64,000 nt of DNA. Origin: a virus. Positions 28,985 to 37,711 of the stretch are shown here, in pieces. Position numbers and translations under genes: made by a program. The notes below the pieces were generated by a model that had not been told where the DNA came from, did no database searches, and worked only from the letters and a program-made list of their open reading frames with translations. The stretch covers positions 32,001 through 96,000 of the IMG/VR virus record IMGVR_UViG_3300045988_079296, one strand, 5' to 3'. Positions within the stretch are counted from its first letter, which is position 1, and each line of letters starts with the position of its first letter.

Positions 28985-29227
28985 TTATTGTTTGACTCTT
29001 ATCCTGGGCGGGTTATGCTCGTCCAGCGTGTTCCCGTCCTTCCTCATTTCGTACCGAAGTGTATCAAAACCCAATTCCACACGTTCATATTTCCAAACTC
29101 TCATAATTACGGTTGTATCTGTTCTTGATACTTCCTCTTTGTACGTTACTTTCGTTGGGTCTTTGTCGGAACATTCCGTCAGGAATAAGAACCCAAGAAA
29201 GCATAAACATAGAAAATACATTTTCAT
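28985..29227 (-). CDS. small lipoprotein
   Basis: MKMYFLCLCFLGFLFLTECSDKD lipobox-like signal. Confidence 0.65.
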   Translation of the reverse strand: MKMYFLCLCFLGFLFLTECSDKDPTKVTYKEEVSRTDTTVIMRVWKYERVELGFDTLRYEMRKDGNTLDEHNPPRIRVKQ

Positions 29228-29385
29228 AGGTCGTGTATTTTTAATCCGTTAATAACTTCCCAACCTTCGGAGCGGAGTTTGTCTTCAACTTTGTCTCGGC
29301 TCTCCGCTTCCACTTCGGTCTTTTGTAACTTGATTTGTTCTTTTCGGCTTCTACTACCGAAAAATTTGACTTTAAACTTCTTCAT
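29224..29385 (-). CDS. 53-aa small protein missed by the ORF track
   Basis: MKKFKVKFFGSRSRKEQIKLQKTEVEAESRDKVEDKLRSEGWEVINGLKIHDL; ATGA overlap with the lipoprotein start. Confidence 0.6.
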   Translation of the reverse strand: MKKFKVKFFGSRSRKEQIKLQKTEVEAESRDKVEDKLRSEGWEVINGLKIHDL

Positions 29386-29599
29386 ATTCTACATCAATTG
29401 CTCTTGCTTTCATTTTGTCCAAACTCGCTCTTTGTTCTGGTGTGAACCGCTTCTTCGGCTCTCCTTCCCATTTCTCTTCGGGTTGAGTATTATCGTAGTA
29501 AGTACGATTGCGCCAAGTCTCTCTTGACATGTTATCACTCATTCCCGAAGTCCTGTACATAAATTCAAACCATTCATCTATCCAATCGAACCTTCCCAT
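29372..29599 (-). CDS. hypothetical protein
   Basis: ORF 75 aa. Confidence 0.6.
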   Translation of the reverse strand: MGRFDWIDEWFEFMYRTSGMSDNMSRETWRNRTYYDNTQPEEKWEGEPKKRFTPEQRASLDKMKARAIDVEYEEV

Positions 29600-30821
29600 A
29601 TTTAAACCATTTATTTTCGATAACTTTGATGTAATAATCCCTTACCCAAGTTGGACTTGCCGTTGCGTAGAAAGCATCGCTATCGCAGAAGTTATCCCAA
29701 AACGGCTTCCCGAACCCGATACGGACAAACTCTTCATCCAATATATCCTCACAACGTGTTTGCATTACATGCCATCCTTCTTCTCCAAGGGTCATAGACT
29801 TCAAGCGGTCTATAATGCGTGACAAACTGCCCCCTTGAACCCGTTCAGTGTATAAGATAGGACTTACAATGCCCATAGCAGCAAGATAGTCGGTGAGGTT
29901 CATTCCCGTTGGTATCTCGTCTTTAAAGCATCCTACGGGCACGGAAAGCTCTTGTAATGACGCAATCTTATTGTCCCATACTTCCTTATTCAAGTTTATC
30001 CATTCCCGAACGTCTGGACGGGTATCGTAAATGTTGAAATAGCGTTCTTTCTCTGCTGCATTTGGGTAAATAACCAAGTACGGTATTCCCAAGGCTTTGA
30101 ATATCTTCCTTGCTTCGGGATGCATGGCACAAACGATAATTCTGCCCCGTTGAAGCTCCTTCGATATTTTGCGAGCATAGTTGATTGGAAACTCTGGATT
30201 GATGATACCCTTCTCTTTGTCTAAGTAGTAATGTTCTGAAAAGAAACAATCTACAAATCGGCTATCTACGTTTGTCAAGAATGTTTTACCAATCCCTGGA
30301 TAACCACATATTGCTCTGATAGTGCCTTGCTTAAACGCTTCTTGTATAGCAAGACGGTTTGTTGTTACTTCCATAATAATGCTATGATTAAAAAGGATTG
30401 CTAAAACTCCGCATAATATCCATGCTTTCTTATCGGAGCTTTTAACTACATGTTGAATGTGCGCTCCTGCCGCTTTGAGTTCTTGAACCTCTTCATCCAA
30501 GAATAGGTCATTACCATTATTCCACTTGATTATTGCTTTTCTACAAGCATCGTTCAACGGCTTCATAAGTTCTTCGGGATAACCATATGAAAGGTCATAA
30601 CGGGCATCGCCTTTGTGTACTTCGCCAAACATAGCTTGACCAGTCTCTGGGCTTCCTCTGAATTGCCATTCCGTTCTTAGAAAGCCAGGCACTGTTTTAG
30701 CGGTTATGAAATAAATACCATCCTCATCATCCATAGATACTTTGGTAATGATAGGAGCGGTTGAGAAGTATTTCTGTAATATCTTCTCCGCTTGTTCTTT
30801 GTTACAATGTATTACTGACAT
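29574..30821 (-). CDS. P-loop kinase, resembling phage small-molecule / 5-hmdU-kinase-like P-loop proteins
   Basis: ICGYPGIGKTFLTN (Walker A), NPEFPINYARKISKELQRGRIIVCAMHPEARKIFKALGIPYLVIYPNAAEKERYF. Confidence 0.65.
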   Translation of the reverse strand: MSVIHCNKEQAEKILQKYFSTAPIITKVSMDDEDGIYFITAKTVPGFLRTEWQFRGSPETGQAMFGEVHKGDARYDLSYGYPEELMKPLNDACRKAIIKWNNGNDLFLDEEVQELKAAGAHIQHVVKSSDKKAWILCGVLAILFNHSIIMEVTTNRLAIQEAFKQGTIRAICGYPGIGKTFLTNVDSRFVDCFFSEHYYLDKEKGIINPEFPINYARKISKELQRGRIIVCAMHPEARKIFKALGIPYLVIYPNAAEKERYFNIYDTRPDVREWINLNKEVWDNKIASLQELSVPVGCFKDEIPTGMNLTDYLAAMGIVSPILYTERVQGGSLSRIIDRLKSMTLGEEGWHVMQTRCEDILDEEFVRIGFGKPFWDNFCDSDAFYATASPTWVRDYYIKVIENKWFKYGKVRLDR

Positions 30822-30835
30822 GATTCGATTTTGTT

Positions 30836-31048
30836 TTACAATAATCCAGCTTTTACCATTTCTCGGCAATCCTTACAAACCTTAGTGGGCGGCGTTACAT
30901 AATTTTCAGGCAAAGTGTCTGAAAGGTGACCGCAATATTTGCAATAAAAGTACATCGGAGAACCCGCAGGCAATAAGTTGTTATTCTTTTGCTCAGGTTG
31001 ATTTTTTAAGCGTTCTTCAAACGCTCTCTTCATTTCTTCCTTTTCCAT
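30836..31048 (-). CDS. small zinc-ribbon protein
   Basis: FYCKYCGHLS...KVCKDC. Confidence 0.65.
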   Translation of the reverse strand: MEKEEMKRAFEERLKNQPEQKNNNLLPAGSPMYFYCKYCGHLSDTLPENYVTPPTKVCKDCREMVKAGLL

Positions 31049-31084
31049 ATTCAATTTGATTTACAATTTTGTTAATTAACTTTG

Positions 31085-31288
31085 TTAAACTCTTTGGGTC
31101 GCAAACTCAATTCTGAATTTCTTATTCTTCAAAGTTGGTCGCTTCTCCAATACAAACTTCTCGACTTCCTTTATGTCGATAGGAAATAAAGGACAATAAT
31201 GGTAAGGAATTTGAGTCAAGAACTTCTCCCCTACCATTATATCAAGATAAATCACTTTCAACCCACTATTCTCCATCCCGTTTCCCAT
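31085..31288 (-). CDS. hypothetical protein
   Basis: ORF 67 aa. Confidence 0.5.
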   Translation of the reverse strand: MGNGMENSGLKVIYLDIMVGEKFLTQIPYHYCPLFPIDIKEVEKFVLEKRPTLKNKKFRIEFATQRV

Positions 31289-31482
31289 TCCTTACCTTGG
31301 CGGTGAGCCCAAAAATCATCTGCTGGTATCTGTAAGCCTTCTTCGTCTATATAGAAGTTTGACCCATCTTCTTCACAATAACCTCCCCAAATGTACTCTC
31401 CTTCTCCGAAAAATCGGTGGGCAACTTTATACCCACCTTGTTCCATAGCCGCAATAGCAGCTTCTTTTGTCATATCTTCCAT
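31258..31482 (-). CDS. hypothetical protein
   Basis: ORF 74 aa. Confidence 0.55.
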   Translation of the reverse strand: MEDMTKEAAIAAMEQGGYKVAHRFFGEGEYIWGGYCEEDGSNFYIDEEGLQIPADDFWAHRQGKEWETGWRIVG

Positions 31483-31715
31483 TATTCAAGTCCTTTTAGA
31501 AATATGCGCCCAATTGAGCTTGGTGAATAAATCTTAGTAGTATTGGGATATTGACCTATAAAAGATACATTTGTCAAAGGTCTCCACTTTGATTCCCAAA
31601 TGCTTCCTCCGTCCATTTCTTTGAGCTTCTCATATATTTTTAGGCAATCTTCGGCATCCTTCTTATGCTCTTCCATCTTCAATTGCTTCTGTAAGCTATC
31701 ATATAACTTTCCCAT
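31482..31715 (-). CDS. hypothetical protein
   Basis: ORF 77 aa. Confidence 0.55.
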   Translation of the reverse strand: MGKLYDSLQKQLKMEEHKKDAEDCLKIYEKLKEMDGGSIWESKWRPLTNVSFIGQYPNTTKIYSPSSIGRIFLKGLE

Positions 31716-31716
31716 A

Positions 31717-32166
31717 TCAAGATATTGTTTTACGCCATAACTCGTTCAGTTCCTTCTCCGATACTTCAACAGAGGTGTCTGGGTAGGTTAATACCAATTG
31801 CTTAGCGAAGTTGATATGATTGTGACCAAAATCTCCCATGCCTACGCTATTCATTTCTTGGGCATCCGATAGATGACTCATAATAGCCATTTGTACCTGA
31901 ATATGGCGTTCTCCCTTCGCTCTCGGAACTTCGTCAGTTATCCACTTGCGCTCCGTTAAATCCACGTCATAGGCTTGTTGAACTACTTCTACGATTTTGC
32001 CCGTATATCCGCAAATACCTTCCCATTCCAACCAAATCTTGAGTAGGTCATATCCGCTCTTTTCTTCCAATTCTTCTTGAGTGTACTTTGGGTCATCGCT
32101 CCAATCAGCGGTTACATTCTCCAAAATCCAATCTATCAATTCCGCTCTGTTTTCTGTTGTTGCCAT
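31717..32166 (-). CDS. hypothetical protein (start trimmed)
   Basis: MATTENRAELIDWILENVTADWSDD... Confidence 0.65.
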   Translation of the reverse strand: MATTENRAELIDWILENVTADWSDDPKYTQEELEEKSGYDLLKIWLEWEGICGYTGKIVEVVQQAYDVDLTERKWITDEVPRAKGERHIQVQMAIMSHLSDAQEMNSVGMGDFGHNHINFAKQLVLTYPDTSVEVSEKELNELWRKTIS

Positions 32167-32170
32167 AATA

Positions 32171-32356
32171 TCAATTTGTTTTACGATTTTTGTTATTAAC
32201 CTTGGGGCAAGTGGCGTATTTACAAGAACCTCCTGCGTTCCCTTCATTTGTGCAAGTCGCTCTTGCTATCTTAGAAGCATCCCTCACCCATTTAAGATGA
32301 GGGCATGAATCTTGCTTCTTGTAAAAGTCCTTAACCTTTTCTTGCTCTGATTTCAT
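32171..32356 (-). CDS. small Cys-rich protein
   Basis: CPHLKWVRDASKIARATCTNEGNAGGSCKYATCP. Confidence 0.6.
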   Translation of the reverse strand: MKSEQEKVKDFYKKQDSCPHLKWVRDASKIARATCTNEGNAGGSCKYATCPKVNNKNRKTN

Positions 32357-32832
32357 ATTTTGTTCTTGTTATAGATTATCGGATAAATCGAAGTATAAAA
32401 ACCTTCTTTGGAAACAATATCAACTACGGTATTTTGCTCATATTCTCCCAACGCCATATATTCTTCTTGACTTGGGTCTCTTCCTAAAGCAAGCTCCATA
32501 GTGATATCAGCGTACTTTTCGCCTACCTTATTCCAAGCATGCTCAATTCCGAACGTTCCGCAGCAAGTCATTTTCCCCTCAACATATTTAACCTCTGGAA
32601 AGATATGAGCGAACAAAGTTGCATTACGATAGCATTCTTTCACTTGAGGCTTGACGAACGTCTTTATTGCTTTAATCTCGTCTGGGGAAAATACTTTGGA
32701 TAGTCTTACAACCTCAACGCTCCTTGCGTCTTTTAGCATTTGATTGTAGAACTCCTTTTGTCTCCCTTCCATAAAACCTGCAAAGGTGCGGAGTTCTACA
32801 ATCAGACTATTCTCTTTTACTTCGGTGCTCAT
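32353..32832 (-). CDS. hypothetical protein
   Basis: ORF 159 aa, ATGA-coupled to the upstream gene. Confidence 0.7.
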   Translation of the reverse strand: MSTEVKENSLIVELRTFAGFMEGRQKEFYNQMLKDARSVEVVRLSKVFSPDEIKAIKTFVKPQVKECYRNATLFAHIFPEVKYVEGKMTCCGTFGIEHAWNKVGEKYADITMELALGRDPSQEEYMALGEYEQNTVVDIVSKEGFYTSIYPIIYNKNKI

Positions 32833-34127
32833 TTCTTGATAAGTCCTTCGGGTATGTAATCAATTCCGTATCTCTTAAACATCGCTGTAACGCTATCTAT
32901 GTTACAAGCCTTGCGGTCTCCATCCTTCTCAAAGAACTTTTGGTCAGCGGTTATGGTATAACCTTTCATGATAAGTTTGAACGCTTCCTTTTGTGCATCG
33001 CTCGGCTTCTTGTTACCTTTAGCGGTCTTAACGGGAAGAGCTATAAATTCAGCAATTGTAAGCTGTTTCGGAGCTTCGGGTGAGTTCTTCTTCGTCTCAC
33101 CCTTCTTCGTTTGCTTAGCATTGCTCTTTCCAGCCTTCGCTGCTTTCGTAGCAGTCTGCTTCTTATCCGCTTTCTTAGTCTCGGACTTCGGAGCGGTTTC
33201 AGTCTTTGGCTTCGCTCCCGTCTTTTGCTTCATCGTTGGGATAGTACGCCAATCAAATTTTCCTGGTTGGTATTCCGTCCACATCCATTTACCATTCTTG
33301 TGAATGTCACCTACCTTCTTGGTTGACTTCGGAGCAGAAGCGGTCTTTGCCTCTTCCTGCTTGTCCTCTTTTTTCGGCTCTGCCTTCTTGGTAGCCTTCG
33401 TTGTCTTCTTAGCTTTCGGAGCTTCATCAACGATACCTGCTGCTTCCAAACCTGCCTTGGTTATTGTTCCGTCAAAGTAAGAGTCACCGTTGGATGCTAA
33501 AACCATACCTTTAGAGCAAAGTGAAGACATCGTGCCTGAAAGTGAGCTTGTACTTCTCGCCCTTTCCAGTTTGAGTTCGGATAGAACAAACGCATCATCC
33601 TCACCGTAATGTTTTGCGTTCACCGCCATAGCTTGAAGAACTTCCAACTCATTCTTGGTCAGTTTCACTTCTTCGGTCTTTACTTCCTCAGCCTTGGGTT
33701 GAGCCTTCTTAGCGGTTGCTGATTTACCCATACCTTTCTGAAGTTCCACAGTTACCGCTTTCTTGCCCTTGGTAGCTTTCTCAACAAGCTCTTTTTGAGC
33801 CTTGGTTAGCTTCGCTTTCTTCGGAGCTTCTTCCACTGCCTTCTTACATGCTTCCTTAGCATCTGCGAAGTTTACCAAACGACTGGTAAGGATAGCTTTG
33901 ATGTCCTCGTTCGTTACTTCGGAGTCATCAAGCATCTTAACCAATTCAAACTCGTTATCCCAATTTTCAAGAATATACGCTGCTTGTAGCTTCGCTTCCT
34001 TGGCGGCTGGTCTCTTACCCTTAGACAGACTTGCCATCTTTACACTTTTCAGTTCGTTCAATTTAACGATACGGCTGTCCATTACTTCGTTTACGTTCTC
34101 GGCTGTTTGATTTGCTGTTGCTTTCAT
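32829..34127 (-). CDS. large Lys/Ala-rich modular protein carrying a WTEYxPGKFDWR module
   Basis: 432 aa, alternating KKxTK linkers and folded segments; VGDIHKNGKWMWTEYQPGKFDWRT. Confidence 0.8.
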   Translation of the reverse strand: MKATANQTAENVNEVMDSRIVKLNELKSVKMASLSKGKRPAAKEAKLQAAYILENWDNEFELVKMLDDSEVTNEDIKAILTSRLVNFADAKEACKKAVEEAPKKAKLTKAQKELVEKATKGKKAVTVELQKGMGKSATAKKAQPKAEEVKTEEVKLTKNELEVLQAMAVNAKHYGEDDAFVLSELKLERARSTSSLSGTMSSLCSKGMVLASNGDSYFDGTITKAGLEAAGIVDEAPKAKKTTKATKKAEPKKEDKQEEAKTASAPKSTKKVGDIHKNGKWMWTEYQPGKFDWRTIPTMKQKTGAKPKTETAPKSETKKADKKQTATKAAKAGKSNAKQTKKGETKKNSPEAPKQLTIAEFIALPVKTAKGNKKPSDAQKEAFKLIMKGYTITADQKFFEKDGDRKACNIDSVTAMFKRYGIDYIPEGLIKK

Positions 34128-34215
34128 AATTCTGAATATTAAGTTGTTTATAAATTATCTGTTTATTGTTTCTAACTTTGTAACCTTTAACAGTTGTTCC
34201 GTTATGATTACGTTA

Positions 34216-34246
34216 CAAAGGTACGAACAATAAATTAATCTACAAA
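34216..34246 (-). promoter_or_regulatory. Bacteroidota-type promoter TTTG-N19-TACCTTTG
   Basis: caaaggta 34216-34223, CAAA 34243-34246, spacer 19 nt. Confidence 0.75.
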
Positions 34247-34322
34247 ACTTTTTCCAAATTATTTTTGGTAAATCGCCAATATTTAACTTTTCTTGGTAAC
34301 TTTTTAACTAAACGCCAATAAA

Positions 34323-34353
34323 AAAGCTCCGATTTATCGCAAACCAGAGCTTT
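34323..34353 (-). terminator. intrinsic terminator
   Basis: aaagctc (34323-34329) / gagcttt (34347-34353), minus-strand T tract. Confidence 0.75.
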
Positions 34354-34409
34354 CTCGGTTGACAGTCCTGCAACGTCTTGTCAAACCATTATTATGAAAA
34401 TAGTCTATG

Positions 34410-34943
34410 TTACAATATCTCTCGCATCACCAACATAGTATATCGTTCTTCAACGCTTTGTTTCATTTCCGTATCGCCTGCATTGATAGCCTTCAATTGG
34501 GCTTGAGCTTCCTTCTCTTCCATTCCCAAGAGATAAACCATATACTCATAATCCCGAATGTCTTGTATCGTAATAGTAGGAGTTACAACCGTACCAATAA
34601 GATTGCACGTAAATAGAACATGACAACGGTTATTGCCTGGGCGGTTATCTCTCGCCACTACCATATATTTGAATCCCGTCATTGCGTTCATCGGGGTTAT
34701 CTCCTTAATCACCCACCCGTTCCGTAGGATAACGGCAGGAGTAGGTTTCATTCGTTTCCAAGCAATTTCTGCCACTCTACGCTTCAACTCTTCGTAGGAT
34801 AGTTCAGAAGCCTTCTTAACCTTCAGCAAGCGGTTTAAACCGAATGTATCAATCATCTTCTGACGGGTGAACCGTATCATGTAGAATAAAGAGCCTGCAA
34901 TAATCAGCGTCACAAGCGCACAGAGTAATAATGTAAGTGTCAT
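34410..34943 (-). CDS. membrane-anchored hypothetical protein
   Basis: MTLTLLLCALVTLIIAGSLFYMIRF N-terminal TM. Confidence 0.7.
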   Translation of the reverse strand: MTLTLLLCALVTLIIAGSLFYMIRFTRQKMIDTFGLNRLLKVKKASELSYEELKRRVAEIAWKRMKPTPAVILRNGWVIKEITPMNAMTGFKYMVVARDNRPGNNRCHVLFTCNLIGTVVTPTITIQDIRDYEYMVYLLGMEEKEAQAQLKAINAGDTEMKQSVEERYTMLVMREIL

Positions 34944-35170
34944 AATGTTTCCCTTTCGTATTTAATTGTTAATTTAAGTTTTGTTTGCTCTTCGGGCATT
35001 GGTATTTCTTCGTAGGTGAAATTGACCTCCGCTTCTGCTCCAACTTCCCGTTTGACTTCTCTCCGATACTCTTCCAAGTCCTTGACTTTGGCGGTACGCT
35101 TATCAAGATGCCTATGACCATTCTGGGTGATATGCGTCCTGCGGATTGCATAATAATACTTTTGTTCCAT
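34940..35170 (-). CDS. hypothetical protein
   Basis: ORF 76 aa. Confidence 0.6.
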   Translation of the reverse strand: MEQKYYYAIRRTHITQNGHRHLDKRTAKVKDLEEYRREVKREVGAEAEVNFTYEEIPMPEEQTKLKLTIKYERETL

Positions 35171-35171
35171 T

Positions 35172-35369
35172 TTAGTTTACAATTTTAATGTTCCTTTTGT
35201 ACGGTATTATAATTGTTCCAACGTAAGGATACAAGCCGCCTTCACCTTGTACGATAGTTCTGATGCGGTAGGTTTTGGCGTATTCACCAAGAACTTCTAC
35301 GGGCATAGAGAAATTGCCGTAATACAATATTGCCCTTTTAGGCTCGGAGTATTCTTGATAAGTTGCCAT
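35172..35369 (-). CDS. hypothetical protein
   Basis: ORF 65 aa. Confidence 0.55.
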   Translation of the reverse strand: MATYQEYSEPKRAILYYGNFSMPVEVLGEYAKTYRIRTIVQGEGGLYPYVGTIIIPYKRNIKIVN

Positions 35370-35372
35370 GGC

Positions 35373-35573
35373 TCAATCCTCGTCCAACATAAAGAGGTCG
35401 CTGAAATGACTCTTCCTCTCTTCTTGCTTACCTATATAGATACCAAGACATAGCCATTCAAACTCAAATTCCCGATTGTGTATATTTATATTCAACGCAG
35501 GAAGGATTGCCCAAAACTCCTTCGGTGTGAAGTCAATACTCACTTTTAGTTCTATTCTTTTCATTCTTCCCAA
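35373..35573 (-). CDS. hypothetical protein
   Basis: ORF 66 aa. Confidence 0.55.
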   Translation of the reverse strand: MGRMKRIELKVSIDFTPKEFWAILPALNINIHNREFEFEWLCLGIYIGKQEERKSHFSDLFMLDED

Positions 35574-35749
35574 ACTATTGCTGTATATACTTCCGTTTCT
35601 ATCTCCGACAAATGTATCGCCGTACCATCTACAATGATATACAAATCTCCATCATCATCGGCAAATACTTCGCTTTCCGCCAAATCTTCTCGGCTCAAGT
35701 CTCTTACAACATCGCCTTCTTCAATTAATCTTCCATTAACGTCTTTCAT
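35561..35749 (-). CDS. hypothetical protein
   Basis: VNGRLIEEGDVVRDLSREDLAESEVFADDDGDLYIIVDG. Confidence 0.6.
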   Translation of the reverse strand: MKDVNGRLIEEGDVVRDLSREDLAESEVFADDDGDLYIIVDGTAIHLSEIETEVYTAIVWEE

Positions 35750-36237
35750 CTTGTTAATACTTTTTGTAATTTCTTTCTTGCCATATGTATTCGGCTCTTA
35801 ACTGTTCCCAGTGGTACTCCAAAGATTTCCGCCATACGTTCGTAGGTATAACCGCAAATCAAGTAGTTCATTGCAATTCTTTCTCCCTCTGGCAGAGCGT
35901 CAATTGCCTCTCGTATATCAAGAACTTTGGAAAGGTCATCCGTATCAGGAGCGTACAATTCAAGCCGTCCAAATATGTCTGCTCCTTCCGTCTCGCTTTC
36001 TACGACAAAGCCTTGTCTGGATGACCTCCGATACTCGTTAATGAACAAATTGCGCATTATGGTCAATCCCCAACCCAAGAGGTTTGAACCTTCCTCAAAC
36101 TTATCCTTATTTCGTAGCATCTTCTCAACCGTATCATTACAAAGGTCAAGAGCGTTGTCCATACTATGAGGATAGTAGAACTTGGCTTGACGTACAAGAC
36201 GGTCATACAATGCTGCTATTTCTTGCTCGAAGTCCAT
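35746..36237 (-). CDS. ECF-like RNA polymerase sigma factor
   Basis: sigma2-like LCNDTVEKMLRNKDKFEEGSNLLGWGLTIMRNLFINEYRR; sigma4-like ALPEGERIAMNYLICGYTYERMAEIFGVPLGTVKSRIHMARKKL. Confidence 0.92.
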   Translation of the reverse strand: MDFEQEIAALYDRLVRQAKFYYPHSMDNALDLCNDTVEKMLRNKDKFEEGSNLLGWGLTIMRNLFINEYRRSSRQGFVVESETEGADIFGRLELYAPDTDDLSKVLDIREAIDALPEGERIAMNYLICGYTYERMAEIFGVPLGTVKSRIHMARKKLQKVLTR

Positions 36238-36244
36238 ACGCTGA

Positions 36245-36263
36245 CTCTCTCTCTCTCTCTCTC
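36245..36263 (-). repeat. 19-nt CT/GA dinucleotide repeat in the leader of the ECF sigma gene
   Basis: uninterrupted ctctctctctctctctctc; begins 8 nt upstream of the ATG at 36237. Confidence 0.95.
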
Positions 36264-36459
36264 AACCTTCGGTCTTGTCTTCATTACTCTTCTTAGCTAA
36301 ATGTCTAAATATAGCTTTACCAACGCAACGTAATTGCTCATCGTTCATAGCCACAAGAAAGCTATAACTCCAACCGTTTAACGATATTCCCATTTCGGTC
36401 AAATCTTTTTGATGCTTGGGGGTTTGAAACTTGACCTTTATGCCTACTTTCTTATTCAT
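36262..36459 (-). CDS. hypothetical protein
   Basis: ORF 65 aa ending directly at the GA repeat. Confidence 0.6.
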   Translation of the reverse strand: MNKKVGIKVKFQTPKHQKDLTEMGISLNGWSYSFLVAMNDEQLRCVGKAIFRHLAKKSNEDKTEG

Positions 36460-36649
36460 ACATTTTCTTATCGCTTGGAACTAATGTAACCTTACCGCAC
36501 TTTTGACAATGCAAGGTCGTTATGGTTACTTCTCCCACGGGTTGATAAACTTTCTTCCGAACTCCCATTATATTGAATCTTTCTCGCTTTAAAGTTTCCC
36601 AACGGTGGAAACAAAAGGCTTGCTTGATTAATCTCTTTAGTGTCTTCAT
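36452..36649 (-). CDS. small zinc-binding protein
   Basis: CFHRW...TLHCQKCGKVTL. Confidence 0.65.
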   Translation of the reverse strand: MKTLKRLIKQAFCFHRWETLKRERFNIMGVRKKVYQPVGEVTITTLHCQKCGKVTLVPSDKKMYE

Positions 36650-36849
36650 ACTCTTTTAAGTGTAGTTATTTGCTTTGTAACTTTGTCTTCCAATATAGCT
36701 ACTTTGACTGTTTCGTCAATCCATTGCTCCGCTTCCATCCTTCTTTTCAGAGGAACTTTCATATCAGCAAAAGCGTGTTGAGCCCAAGGCATACCTTCGA
36801 TAAAGAAGAATAGACTCAACTCATATCTACTTTGTTGTTTATTCGCCAT
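36646..36849 (-). CDS. hypothetical protein
   Basis: ORF 67 aa. Confidence 0.6.
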   Translation of the reverse strand: MANKQQSRYELSLFFFIEGMPWAQHAFADMKVPLKRRMEAEQWIDETVKVAILEDKVTKQITTLKRV

Positions 36850-37057
36850 CAGGAGCTACGTTGTATTTGATTTCATACTCTTGACTTAATCTCTCCAGTT
36901 CGTCTAATTCAACAACCCAAAGATAGGGGATGTCTCTTTTGGCTTCTATGAACCTATTCATGGCATTGCGTAAATCTACAATGCGCTTTTGGCGGCATTC
37001 TTCTTCCCAAATAAATCTCGGCTTAACTCCCAATGGAGGTTTTTCTTCCTTTTCCAT
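36839..37057 (-). CDS. hypothetical protein
   Basis: ORF 72 aa. Confidence 0.6.
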   Translation of the reverse strand: MEKEEKPPLGVKPRFIWEEECRQKRIVDLRNAMNRFIEAKRDIPYLWVVELDELERLSQEYEIKYNVAPDGE

Positions 37058-37065
37058 ATCAATCT

Positions 37066-37314
37066 TTATTTACAATATCCAAATCTCTTTTCTACATCCC
37101 ACTGGGTGAGGTTACTTCTTACTTTGCCCCTCCCTAATTTCTTTCCGCAACAGCCACATCTACGTTCTTCCCAAAGGTCGTATCTGAGGTGATGCGTATA
37201 AGAACCTTTCTTGAGAACTTTGTACTTTGGCTTAGCATACTCCGTACATATATGCTCATAATACGGATGCTTGCACCAAAGACGTTTTATGTACTTCCAA
37301 AGTTTCATGTCCAA
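37066..37314 (-). CDS. small Cys-containing protein
   Basis: RRCGCCGKKLGRG. Confidence 0.55.
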   Translation of the reverse strand: MDMKLWKYIKRLWCKHPYYEHICTEYAKPKYKVLKKGSYTHHLRYDLWEERRCGCCGKKLGRGKVRSNLTQWDVEKRFGYCK

Positions 37315-37464
37315 ACAATCTTATTAGCTCTTACAAAGTAATGAGCTTTATTAGGGCAATGTTTATTTAGCAAACTCGGATTAAAAGTAACCAAGTCGCC
37401 TTCTCTCTTATACGTCCAATCCATATCGGAATGTTCTGTAACGGATATTGGAATATGAACTTTA

Positions 37465-37698
37465 TTACCGCAGCCGCAAGGACAAAGATGAGTTGAGCAC
37501 TCGCATTCCCTCGCTTACATACAATACTCCATAATGTAGCTTCTCTGGAAAGAACTCGCAAAAGACGGTATGATAAAACTTGTCAATCTTATTAGCAATT
37601 AACTCGTTGTAGTCGTACACCGATTTCATGACTTCCTCTTCCGACATAGGAACTATATGGCCATCTGTGAACTTATAACCAAAGTCTTTCTTTGTCAT
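37465..37698 (-). CDS. hypothetical protein (start trimmed)
   Basis: MTKKDFGYKFTDGHIVPMSEEEVMKSVYDYNELIANKI. Confidence 0.55.
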   Translation of the reverse strand: MTKKDFGYKFTDGHIVPMSEEEVMKSVYDYNELIANKIDKFYHTVFCEFFPEKLHYGVLYVSEGMRVLNSSLSLRLR

Positions 37699-37711
37699 AC
37701 TATTCTTGTTT

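Noticed and set aside
29986-30249. Minus ORFs 29986..30249 and 29996..30178
   Set aside because: Alternate-frame shadows inside the P-loop kinase gene
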